NCBI GenBank assembly: GCA_964416315.1
Contig: CAYQDR010000011.1
Span: forward strand, 244-64,243
DNA length: 64,000 bases
Reading direction: 5' to 3'
Origin: an uncultured bacterium
Lineage (GTDB): Bacteria; Methylomirabilota; Methylomirabilia; Rokubacteriales; DASRDR01
Shown: positions 47,845 through 56,587 of the stretch, one piece after another
Layout of the letters: every line of letters starts with the position of its first letter
How positions within the stretch are numbered: position 1 is the stretch's first letter
Notes under the pieces: model-generated
Databases searched by the model: none
What the model was told of the DNA's origin: nothing
What the model saw: the letters and a program-made list of their open reading frames with translations, nothing else
Made by a program: the position numbers and the translations under genes

Positions 47845-49059
47845 TTACCTCCCGTACATCGCCGGGTCGGAGTAGCCCGGGAGCCGCCCCGGCTCCCAGA
47901 CGTGCTTCCGCGCGACGGCCTCGTTCAGCTCGGCACCCCAGCCGGGGCGCGTCGGGATCAGGAGGTGGCCGTCCCGGACGACCGGGGGCGCGTCCACCAG
48001 TTCGTCCTTCCACGGCACGTCGTCCACGTCGATCTCCATGATCCGGACGTTCGGCACGGACGCGCAGAGGTGCGCCGAGTGGAGCGTCGAGAGGTGGCTG
48101 TAGTAGTTGTGGGGGGCAATGTTCAGCTCGTAGGTCTCGGCCAGCTCCGCGATCTTCCGCGACTGGGCGAAGCCGTTCCAGGGCACGTCCACCATCACGA
48201 CGTCCATCGCGCGCGCCTCGAAGAAGGGCCGGTAGCCGCGGAGGCCGTAGAGGTTCTCGCCAGAGCAGATGGGGATCGAGGTCGCGTCCTTGACCTCGCG
48301 GAGCGCCCGCTCGTCGTAGAGGTCCAGCTCGAGCCACATGAGGTCGAAGGGCTCCAGCGCCCGTGCGATGCGGCGCGCCGCCTCCGGCTTGAAGTTGAAG
48401 TTGAGGTCGAGCGCGATCCCGACGTCCGGTCCCACCGCCCGCCGGAGGGTCCCGATCTGGGTCTCGATGTGGCGGAGGAGCTCGGGCGTCAGTGCCTGGT
48501 CGGTCGTGCCGGGGCCGCCGCCGAAGCCGGGGAAGTAGACGGTGGCTGGTTCCCCCGGGACGACGATGTTGGTCTTCAGCGCCGTGTAGCCCCGCCGGAC
48601 GACCTCCTCGCCGAGCCGGAAGAGATCATCCATCGTCCGGATCGGTGGCGCGCCGATGAGCGCGGAGTCGCGGGCGCGGGAGGTGCCGCAGTGAGACCAG
48701 TAGACCCGCTGGCGCTCGCGCAAGGGGCCGCCGACCAGCTCGTACACGGGGACGGTGAGGGCCTTCGCCTTGAGGTCCCAGAGCGCCAGCTCGATCCCGG
48801 CGATCGCCTTGGCGGCGATCCCGCCCGGGCTCTGCCGCGCCATCCGGTACAGGTCCCAGTAGAGCATCTCGACGGGGCGCGGGTCGCGGCCGAGGAGGAT
48901 CGGCTCGAAGTCGCGCACCGCCCCGACGATGCCGTAGGGATTCCGCCCGTCCGAGCACTCGCCGTAGCCGGTGAGCCCCTCGTCCGTGCGCACGGCGACG
49001 AACTGCCAGGGACGCCAGCCCGCGTCCACCACGAACGTGTCGACCTTGGTGATCTTCAT
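47845..49059 (-). CDS. mandelate racemase/muconate lactonizing enzyme family protein (enolase superfamily; galactonate-dehydratase-like)
   Basis: MKITKVDTFVV...KxK and DxE metal ligand pattern. 404 aa. Confidence 0.85.
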   Translation of the reverse strand: MKITKVDTFVVDAGWRPWQFVAVRTDEGLTGYGECSDGRNPYGIVGAVRDFEPILLGRDPRPVEMLYWDLYRMARQSPGGIAAKAIAGIELALWDLKAKALTVPVYELVGGPLRERQRVYWSHCGTSRARDSALIGAPPIRTMDDLFRLGEEVVRRGYTALKTNIVVPGEPATVYFPGFGGGPGTTDQALTPELLRHIETQIGTLRRAVGPDVGIALDLNFNFKPEAARRIARALEPFDLMWLELDLYDERALREVKDATSIPICSGENLYGLRGYRPFFEARAMDVVMVDVPWNGFAQSRKIAELAETYELNIAPHNYYSHLSTLHSAHLCASVPNVRIMEIDVDDVPWKDELVDAPPVVRDGHLLIPTRPGWGAELNEAVARKHVWEPGRLPGYSDPAMYGR

Positions 49060-49256
49060 CGCGCCGTCTCTCCAGTGCCCCCGCTGCCCCGGGGGAGGCC
49101 CAGGGAGCGGGCGATCAACGCGTCGCGCATCCCGTCCGGGACCAGCCGGGCGAGCGCCGCCCGCAGCCTCGCGTCCCGGCCGCCGAGGTACCGGGTCTTC
49201 GGTCGCTTCGCGGTGAGCGCGTGCTCGACGGCGTCGGCGACGGCGTCCGCGGAGAT
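49056..49256 (-). pseudogene. SDR C-terminal tail fragment (...DAVADAVEHALTAKRPKTRYLGGRDARLRAALARLVPDGMRDALIARSLGLP...)
   Basis: Classic SDR C-terminal extension motif with no Rossmann domain upstream (that space is occupied by the Qor gene). Confidence 0.35.
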
Positions 49257-49432
49257 CGCGGCCTGGCTCGACCTGGCCGCCGCGGCCCGGACCCGGGCGG
49301 CCGCGGCGCCGTAGAGGGCGAGCGCGTGTGGCGGGAGGCGCCGGGCGATCTCGTCGGCGGCAGCCCGCTGAGACAGCTCGTTGACAGGATGCCGCCCCTT
49401 CTGTCGATCTTCTTCCTCCGAACGGAGGCCCG

Positions 49433-50407
49433 TCAGGGAATCAGGACCACCTTGCCGTAGCTCTCGCGCCCGGCGATCGCCGCCAGCGCCCCCGCGGCCT
49501 CGCGAAGCGGGAAGGTCCGCCACACGACGGGGCGGACCTGCCCCTTCTCGTAGAGCGCGAAGAGCGCCTCCATCCACCGGTCCACGAGCGGCGAGCCGCG
49601 CTGCTGGTAGAGCCCCCAGTGGACCCCGACGACGCTGAAGTTCTTGATGAGGACCCGGTTGACGGCGATCGAGGGGATCTGCCCGCCGGCGAACCCGATC
49701 GAGAGGAGCCGGCCCTCGAACGCGATGCACTTGCTCGACAGATCGAAGACCTCCCCGCCCACCGGGTCGTAGATGACGTCGGCACCCGCCCCTCCGGTCG
49801 CCTGCTTGACCCGGTCGACCCACTCCCCGGTCCGGTAATCGATCAGCACCTCGGCGCCCGCCTGCCGCGCGATCTCGAGCTTCTCCGCCGTGCTCGCCGT
49901 CGCGATGACGCGCGCCCCGAGGGCCCGGCCGACCTGCACGGCGGCAAGCCCGACGCCGCCGGCCGCGCCGTGGACGAGGAGCCACTCGCCGGGCTGGAGG
50001 GCGGCGCGGTGGACGAGCGCGCAGTACGCCGTCTGGTAGACGAGACCGAAGGCCGCCGCCTCCTCGAAGCTCATCCTCTCGGGGATCGGGTAGGCGTGCG
50101 CGACCGGCGCGATCACGGCCTCCGCGTAGCCGCCCCAGCGGAGCATCGCGAGGACGCGCTGGCCCGGGCGGACGCGCGTGACGCCGGGCCCCACCTCGCG
50201 GACGACGCCCCCCACCTCGTGGCCCGGGCTGAAGGGCAGCGGCGGCTTGACCTGGTACTTCCCCTGGACCATCAGGAGGTCGGGGAAGTTGCAGCCGATC
50301 GCCCGAACCTCGACCAGCGCCTCGCCGGGGCCCGGCCGGGGATCGGGCACGTCCCGGTACTCGAGCTCCGCCGGCTCGCACCACCGGGTCGCGACCATGG
50401 CTTTCAT
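49433..50407 (-). CDS. NADPH:quinone oxidoreductase (zinc-binding MDR, Qor family)
   Basis: 324 aa, GAAGGVG nucleotide motif. No zinc ligand cluster, so a quinone reductase type. Confidence 0.85.
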   Translation of the reverse strand: MKAMVATRWCEPAELEYRDVPDPRPGPGEALVEVRAIGCNFPDLLMVQGKYQVKPPLPFSPGHEVGGVVREVGPGVTRVRPGQRVLAMLRWGGYAEAVIAPVAHAYPIPERMSFEEAAAFGLVYQTAYCALVHRAALQPGEWLLVHGAAGGVGLAAVQVGRALGARVIATASTAEKLEIARQAGAEVLIDYRTGEWVDRVKQATGGAGADVIYDPVGGEVFDLSSKCIAFEGRLLSIGFAGGQIPSIAVNRVLIKNFSVVGVHWGLYQQRGSPLVDRWMEALFALYEKGQVRPVVWRTFPLREAAGALAAIAGRESYGKVVLIP

Positions 50408-50418
50408 GGTCTTCGATC

Positions 50419-51438
50419 CTACCCCATCTCGCCGGGCGTGATCGCGGTCTTGATCCCGTGCCCCGCCGTGGCGTGGGCGAAGGCCTCGGTGATCCGCTCG
50501 AGCGGGAAGCGCGCCGTGAGCAGATCCTCGACCCCGAGCTTCGGGAGCAGCGCGAGGGCCCGGCGGAACGCGGTGCCGCGGCCATACGCCCCCCGGATCG
50601 TGAGCTCCCGGAAGTGGACGTCGTAGAGGTCGGCCGGGAGGCGGCTCCCCACGGGGCACACGCCGACGAGCTGGACGAAGCCGCGCGGCCGCGTCAGCGC
50701 GACGGCCTGGGCCACGAGATCCGGCACCCCGACGGCCTCGCAGGCCAGGTCCACGCCGCGGCCGTCGGTGAGTTGCGCCACGACGGCCTTGAGCTCCTCG
50801 CGCGTCGGGTCCACGACGACGTCCGCGCCGAGGCGCCGCGCCCGCTCGCGGCGGCTCGCGATCGGGTCGGAGAGGATCGCCCGCGCGGCGCCCCGCGCGC
50901 GCGCCAGGGCGAGCGTGAGGAGTCCCATCACGCCGCCGCCGATCACGAGGACCGTCGCGTTTCGCGGCATCTGGAACATCTCGAGGCCGGCCAGACAGCA
51001 GGCGGCGGGCTCGGCGAGGGCGGCGGTGGCGGGATCGAGGCCCTCGGGCAGCGGGTGGACACACCGGGCCGGCAGCACCGCGCGCTCGGCGAAGCCGCCG
51101 ACGCGGACGCAGCTTGCGCACTGGCTCTGGCGGCCGTCCCGGCACTCCGCGCAGCGGCCGCAGCCGTAGTTCGGCTCGCAGGCCACCGGGCGGCCGACGA
51201 GCCGTCGCGGCGCGCCCTTGCCGACGTCCACGACGACGCCGCTGTACTCGTGGCCCATCACCCGGGGCGGCGTCACGGGGAAGAGCCCCTGGGTCGCGTG
51301 GATGTCGCTCCCGCAGATTCCCGCCGTGTGGACGGAGATCAGCACCTGGCCCGGACCCGGCGCCGGGTCCGGGACGTCGTCGAGGGTGAAGCGCGTCTCG
51401 CCGTGCCACGTCGCCACTCTCATTGCGGGGACGATCAT
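50419..51438 (-). CDS. zinc-dependent alcohol/threonine-type dehydrogenase (MDR family)
   Basis: GHEYSG...C-x2-C-x2-C-x7-C structural zinc site, GGGVMG Rossmann motif. Alternative start at 51423. Confidence 0.8.
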   Translation of the reverse strand: MIVPAMRVATWHGETRFTLDDVPDPAPGPGQVLISVHTAGICGSDIHATQGLFPVTPPRVMGHEYSGVVVDVGKGAPRRLVGRPVACEPNYGCGRCAECRDGRQSQCASCVRVGGFAERAVLPARCVHPLPEGLDPATAALAEPAACCLAGLEMFQMPRNATVLVIGGGVMGLLTLALARARGAARAILSDPIASRRERARRLGADVVVDPTREELKAVVAQLTDGRGVDLACEAVGVPDLVAQAVALTRPRGFVQLVGVCPVGSRLPADLYDVHFRELTIRGAYGRGTAFRRALALLPKLGVEDLLTARFPLERITEAFAHATAGHGIKTAITPGEMG

Positions 51439-51475
51439 CGCCGGTTCGGGCGCGCGGCGCAACCGCGGTCGCTTT

Positions 51476-51497
51476 CCCTCCCCCTTGGGGGAGAGGG
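51476..51497. repeat. GC-rich palindromic element CCCTCCCCC-TT-GGGGGAGAGGG + GGGCAGGGTGAGGGGG (paralog of 25825)
   Basis: Direct reading. Confidence 0.6.
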
Positions 51498-51537
51498 CAG
51501 GGTGAGGGGGCCGGTCGGTGGTACCCTTGAAGGCCGT

Positions 51538-52728
51538 ATGCCGCGCTCTCAGTGGGCCCGGCTCTGGCCGCTCGACCCCGCCACGACGTTCCTCAACCAC
51601 GGCGCGTTCGGGGCCTGTCCCATCGCCGTCCTCGAGGCGCAGCGGCGCCTCGTCGAGCGGATGGAAGCCGAGCCCGTGCGCTTCCTCTCCCGGGAGCTGG
51701 ACGGGCTTCTCGAGTCGGCGCGGGCGGCCCTCGGCGCGTTCGTCGGCGCCGACCCGGACGACCTCGCGTTCGTCCCGAACGCGACGTCCGGCGTCAACAC
51801 GGTCGTGCGGTCGCTCGCGTTTCAGCCGGGGGACGACATCCTGGCGACCGACCACGCCTACAACGCCTGTCGGAACGCGTCGAAGGCCGCCGCCGGGCGG
51901 GCGGGCGCCCGCGTCGCCGTCGCCCGCGTGCCGTTCCCGATCGCCTCGCCGGACGAGGTGGTGGGGGCGGTGCTCGGTGCGGTGACGCCGCGGACCCAGC
52001 TCGCGCTCCTCGACCATGTGACCAGCCCGACCGGGATCGTCTTTCCGATCGCGCGCCTCGTCGCGGAGCTGGAGGCGCGCGGCGTGGACACGCTCGTGGA
52101 CGGCGCCCACGCCCCCGGCATGGTTCCGCTGGACATCCGGGCGCTCGGCGCGGCGTACTACACCGGGAATGCCCACAAGTGGCTCTGCGCGCCGAAGGGC
52201 GCGGCGTTCCTCCACGTCCGGCGGGACCGGCAGGCCGGGATCCGGCCCCTCACGATCAGTCACGGCGCGAACTCGCCGCGGCGCGACCGGTCGCGCTTCC
52301 GGCTCGAGTTCGACTGGACCGGCACCGACGACCCCACGGCCTGCCTCGTGATCCCGGAGGCGATCCGCTACCTGGGCGGCCTCCTGCCGGGCGGCTGGCC
52401 GGAGCTCCAGACCCGGAACCGCGCGACGGCGCTCGTGGCGCGGCGGACGCTTGCCGACGCGCTCGGCATCGCGCTGCCGTGCCCCGATGCGATGATCGGC
52501 TCGCTCGCGGCGCTGTCGCTGCCGGACGCGCCCACCGCGGCGCCGATTGCCCGCGGACTCCGCGACCCGCTCCAGGACGCCCTCTTCGACCGCTTCGACA
52601 TCGAGGTACCGGTGGCGGCCTGGCCCGTGCCGCCGCGGCGGCTCATCCGCGTCTCCGCCCAGCTCTACAACGCGCCCGACGACTACGACCGCCTGGCCGC
52701 CGCCCTGGAGACCCTCCTTGCCTCCTGA
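51538..52728 (+). CDS. aminotransferase class V-fold PLP enzyme (isopenicillin-N epimerase/cysteine desulfurase-like)
   Basis: LNHGAFGACP N-terminus, PLP-lysine region GNAHKWLCAPKG. Confidence 0.8.
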   Translation: MPRSQWARLWPLDPATTFLNHGAFGACPIAVLEAQRRLVERMEAEPVRFLSRELDGLLESARAALGAFVGADPDDLAFVPNATSGVNTVVRSLAFQPGDDILATDHAYNACRNASKAAAGRAGARVAVARVPFPIASPDEVVGAVLGAVTPRTQLALLDHVTSPTGIVFPIARLVAELEARGVDTLVDGAHAPGMVPLDIRALGAAYYTGNAHKWLCAPKGAAFLHVRRDRQAGIRPLTISHGANSPRRDRSRFRLEFDWTGTDDPTACLVIPEAIRYLGGLLPGGWPELQTRNRATALVARRTLADALGIALPCPDAMIGSLAALSLPDAPTAAPIARGLRDPLQDALFDRFDIEVPVAAWPVPPRRLIRVSAQLYNAPDDYDRLAAALETLLAS

Positions 52729-52765
52729 GGGGCGCGGGGCCTAGACTGTGAGCCCGGGGGACGCC

Positions 52766-53965
52766 ATGGCGCTCGACTTCGAGCTGACGGAAGAGCAGAA
52801 GCTGATCCAGAAGGTGATCCGGGACATCGTCGCGCGCTTCGAGCCGCGCCGCCACGAGTTCCGCGCGCTGATGCAGCGGGAGAAGCGCTACCCGCCGGAG
52901 CTGTGGGACGCCCTCGCCGAGGCGGGGCTCATGGGAAGCCTGGTCCCCGAGGAGTACGGGGGCTCGGGGCTCGGGCTCCTGGGCCTCTGCCTCGCCCTCG
53001 AGGAGCTCGGGTCGAGCGGCATCGGATCGAACACCATGATGGTGCTCACGGGCATGGACGCCCTCTGCATCCTCCGGAACGGCTCGCCGGAGCTGAAGAA
53101 GCGCTTCCTCCCCGACATCGCCTCGGGGAAGCTGAAGTTCTGCTTCGCGATCACCGAGCCCGACGCGGGGAGCAACTCCTTCCGGATCCGGACGCTGGCG
53201 CGGCGGCTCGGGGACCACTACGAGATCACCGGCAGCAAGGTCTTCATCACGGGCGTGGACGCCGCCGATTACATGCTCCTCGTCACCCGCAGCATCCCCT
53301 ACGAGGAAGTCGCGGCGAAGAAGCTCCCGAAGGCCCACGGTTTCTCGCTCTTCGTCCTGCCGACGGACTCGCCTGGTCTCGAGAAGCGCGTCCTCCCGAT
53401 GCACGGCATCGAGGGGTTCAACCAGTTCCTGCTCTTCTTCGACAAGGTGCGGGTGCCCGCGGAGAACCTGGTCGGCGTGGAGCACCAGGGGATGGCGGCG
53501 CTGTTCAACTCGCTGAACCCCGAGCGGATCCTCGCGGCGGCCTCCTCCTGCGGGAGCACGGCGTACCTGATCCGGCGGGCCTGCGAGTACGCGCGGGAGC
53601 GGAAGGTCTTCGGCGACCGTCCGATCGGCACCCACCAGGGCCTCGCCCACCCCCTCGCGGAGGTGCGGATCGAGCTGGACGCGGTGCGCCTCCTGACCTA
53701 CCGGGCGGCGTGGTCCTTCGACCGCGGGGACCCGCCCCAGGTCACCGGGACCTACGCGAACATGGCGAAGTACATGGCCGCCGAGGTCGGCGTGAAGGCC
53801 GCCGACCGCGCGATCGAGACACTGGGGGGTTACGGCTTCTCGGAGGAGTACGACATCATCCACGCGTGGGAAGGCGCGCGGCTCCTCCGCACCGCGCCGA
53901 TCTCGCGCGAGATGATCCTCAACTTCGTCGCCGAGCACGTCCTGGAGCTGCCGCGCTCGTACTGA
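52766..53965 (+). CDS. acyl-CoA dehydrogenase
   Basis: MALDFELTEEQ start, ACAD N/M/C domains. 400 aa. Confidence 0.85.
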   Translation: MALDFELTEEQKLIQKVIRDIVARFEPRRHEFRALMQREKRYPPELWDALAEAGLMGSLVPEEYGGSGLGLLGLCLALEELGSSGIGSNTMMVLTGMDALCILRNGSPELKKRFLPDIASGKLKFCFAITEPDAGSNSFRIRTLARRLGDHYEITGSKVFITGVDAADYMLLVTRSIPYEEVAAKKLPKAHGFSLFVLPTDSPGLEKRVLPMHGIEGFNQFLLFFDKVRVPAENLVGVEHQGMAALFNSLNPERILAAASSCGSTAYLIRRACEYARERKVFGDRPIGTHQGLAHPLAEVRIELDAVRLLTYRAAWSFDRGDPPQVTGTYANMAKYMAAEVGVKAADRAIETLGGYGFSEEYDIIHAWEGARLLRTAPISREMILNFVAEHVLELPRSY

Positions 53966-54123
53966 GGGCAGCCCCGGGAGAGCCCGGACTACTCGTAATC
54001 CCCGCTGCGGGGGTCTTGCCGCCCGACCCGACTCGCTGGCTTCGCCAGGAGTCGGATGCCCGCCCCGCTCGCCGCGCTCCGCGCCACGGTTTATCCGCGG
54101 CGTTAGACCGCAGCGGTCGGATT

Positions 54124-54151
54124 TGACCACGGTGTCGAATCTGGCTATATT
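54124..54151 (+). promoter_or_regulatory. sigma70-like promoter (-35 TTGACC, 16-nt spacer, -10 TATATT) with overlapping inverted repeat TCTGGC-N9-GCCAGA; drives a near-leaderless relE transcript
   Basis: Hexamers read directly. The -10 ends 9 nt before ATG 54161. The palindrome spans 54140-54160. Confidence 0.4.
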
Positions 54152-54160
54152 ATGGCCAGA

Positions 54161-54472
54161 ATGCGGTACGAGGTCGTCCTGGCCCCCGAGGCGGCCAAGG
54201 CCTACAGGTCTCTGCCGGCCTACCGCCGGGCCGAAGTGCGGGACGCCCTCGAACGGCACTTGCGGCACGAGCCCACGCGGGTGAGCAAGGGCCGGATCAA
54301 ACGTCTGCGGGGCTTGAGCCAGCCGCAGTATCGCCTGCGGGTTGGGGAAGTGAGGGTGTTCTATGACGTCACGCGTGAAGCCGTCGAAGTTCTCGCGATC
54401 GTCACGAAAGCCGAAGCGGCAAGCTGGCTTGCCGAGCACGGGACGCCCGGTGCGCGAGGCGGCCCTGGCTGA
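54161..54472 (+). CDS. RelE/ParE family toxin
   Basis: MRYEVVLAPEAAKAYRSLP...IKRLRG...YRLRVGEVRVFYDV...VEVLAIV. The ORF-track start 54152 would overlap the -10 box, so 54161 is preferred. Confidence 0.65.
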   Translation: MRYEVVLAPEAAKAYRSLPAYRRAEVRDALERHLRHEPTRVSKGRIKRLRGLSQPQYRLRVGEVRVFYDVTREAVEVLAIVTKAEAASWLAEHGTPGARGGPG

Positions 54473-54695
54473 GGTCAAGGACGACCTGTCGCGATTTCTG
54501 CGCTTGGCCGAGTCCGAGGAGATCCTCATCACGCGGCACGGGAAGCCGGCCGGCGTGCTGATCGGCTTCGAGACCGAGGACGACTGGTTCGACTATCGGT
54601 TGGAGCACCACCCCGAGTTCCTGCGACGAATAGCGGAGGCGCGAGACGCCCTCAGGAGCGGTCGCGGTGTCCGGCTCGAGGATCTGCCGTCGTAA
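54450..54695 (+). CDS. Phd/YefM-family antitoxin (encoded downstream of the toxin)
   Basis: AEVKDDLSRFLRLAESEEILITRHGKPAGVLI...ARDALRSGRGV matches YefM/Phd. GTG start inferred. Overlaps the relE 3' end. Confidence 0.5.
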   Translation: MREAALAEVKDDLSRFLRLAESEEILITRHGKPAGVLIGFETEDDWFDYRLEHHPEFLRRIAEARDALRSGRGVRLEDLPS

Positions 54696-54953
54696 CGGGC
54701 GGTCTAGCTCTTCGCCAGGATAGAGGGCAACTACGGGATCTACCGGACCTGGGTCCGTCTGGGTCGCCGGGGGCCTCGACTCCGGCTGCACCTGCCCGTC
54801 GGACTGGCTTGGGACCGAGGGCGGCCACCCCGGGCATCTTGACGAGCGTCGCCTCCGTGTGGGATAGATACGCAGCGCGGCTCCTGCATCCTGGCCTTCC
54901 GGCCTTCTGACGATCGTGCGGCGGACGACGCGCCGCACGGGGAGGAACCCGAT

Positions 54954-55958
54954 ATGACCGGCAAGTGCGCGCGAGCGGTTCTGGTCCTGGGTCTCGCCCT
55001 GCTGCTGGCGGCCGTCCTCGGCGCGCCGGCGGGGGCGCAGACCATCACGCTCAAGGGGGCGAGCCAGTTCGACGACAACCACTCCTTCAACCAGACGATG
55101 CTGAAGTTCGCCGAGCGGGTCCAGTACTACTACGGGAGGCCGGTGAACTTCGTCCTCCACCGCAACCGGGAGCTGGGCCTCGAGAAGGACTACTTCGCCT
55201 ACATGAGCCAGGGCCTCTCGGTGGACTACGCGATCGTCGCGCCCTCGCACATGGCCACCTTCTCCAAGCAGGCGACGCTGATGGACATGCCCTTCCTGTT
55301 CCGCGACATCCCCCACTGGAACAAGGTCTTGTCGACCGGCGAGGCGCTGAAGCCGATCGCGGACGACGTCCTGGCCAAGGCCGACGTCATGCTGATCGGC
55401 TACGCGGGCGGGGGCGTCCGCAACATCGTCGGGAGGAAGCCCGTGCGGAACATGGAGGAGCTGAAGGCCCTCCCGATCCGGGTGATGGGCGCGCCGATCC
55501 AGACGCGCATGTTCCAGGCGATCACGGCCGCCCCGACGGTCATCGCCTACGACGAGGTATACAACGCCGTCCAGACGGGCGTGATCCAGGCCGGCGAGAA
55601 CGAGAGCCCCGGCTGGTCCCAGATGAAGTGGCACGAGGTCGCGCCCGAGATCTCGCAGACCCAGCATGCCATCACGATCCGGCCGCTCTGCTTCTCCGGG
55701 AAGACCTTCCGCAAGCTCCCGAAGGAGCTCCAGGATGCCATCATCAAGGCCGGGAGGGACGGGGCGGCCTGGGGTCGCGACTGGGAGCGCCGGGAGGACG
55801 ACAAGATCCTCGAGCGCTTCAAGGCCGAGGGCAAGATCCGCATGCACCCCTTCACCGACCGCGGAAAGCTCCTGGAGCTGGCCGCGCCCGTGAAGGAGGC
55901 GTTCGCGAAGGAGATCGGGGCGGACAAAGTGCTGGCGAACATCAACGCGGTGAAGTAG
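54954..55958 (+). CDS. dctP: TRAP transporter substrate-binding protein DctP (second system)
   Basis: Signal peptide + DctP family. Confidence 0.85.
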   Translation: MTGKCARAVLVLGLALLLAAVLGAPAGAQTITLKGASQFDDNHSFNQTMLKFAERVQYYYGRPVNFVLHRNRELGLEKDYFAYMSQGLSVDYAIVAPSHMATFSKQATLMDMPFLFRDIPHWNKVLSTGEALKPIADDVLAKADVMLIGYAGGGVRNIVGRKPVRNMEELKALPIRVMGAPIQTRMFQAITAAPTVIAYDEVYNAVQTGVIQAGENESPGWSQMKWHEVAPEISQTQHAITIRPLCFSGKTFRKLPKELQDAIIKAGRDGAAWGRDWERREDDKILERFKAEGKIRMHPFTDRGKLLELAAPVKEAFAKEIGADKVLANINAVK

Positions 55959-56047
55959 CCCTCGAGGGGCGAAGCTGACCAACCGATCAGGTCCCCGGCT
56001 CGATCGGCCGGGGACCTGATTTTTCCCCGCACCGACAGGGATCGCCC

Positions 56048-56587
56048 ATGCCCCGACGTCGGTACCTGCACACGGTCCTGAACGGCTACTTCCGCGTCCT
56101 CCAGTTCCTCGTGACGGCGCTGATGGGCCTGATGATCGTGCCCGTCACGCTCCAGATCGTCTCCCGCTACACCGGGCTGATCCCGCGCTACATCTGGACG
56201 GAAGAGGCCGCGCGCTTCTGCTTCATCTGGATCATCCTGGTCGGGGCGATGATCGCCGTGCGCGAGGGCACCCACTTCGAGGTGGACGTCCTGCCGGCGC
56301 CGCAGAGCCCGCGCGGCGAGGCGATCATGAAGCTGATCGTCTACCTCTTCATGCTCGTCTTCGCCCTCGTGTTCGTCTGGTACGGCTGGCGCTACGCCGC
56401 GTTCGGCTACACGCAGACCTCCGAGCTGACCGGCATCAACATGGTGTTCATCCACGGGGCGTACCTCCTGGCGGGCCTCACGTGGGTCGCGTTCCTCGGG
56501 GAGCGCATCCTCGCCGCGATCGCGGTGCTGCGCGGGGACCACGAGGCCCTGGCGGTGCTGCGGGGAGATCACCTTGTCGGCCGGTGA
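56048..56587 (+). CDS. dctQ: TRAP transporter small permease DctQ
   Basis: 179 aa, 4 TM. Confidence 0.8.
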   Translation: MPRRRYLHTVLNGYFRVLQFLVTALMGLMIVPVTLQIVSRYTGLIPRYIWTEEAARFCFIWIILVGAMIAVREGTHFEVDVLPAPQSPRGEAIMKLIVYLFMLVFALVFVWYGWRYAAFGYTQTSELTGINMVFIHGAYLLAGLTWVAFLGERILAAIAVLRGDHEALAVLRGDHLVGR

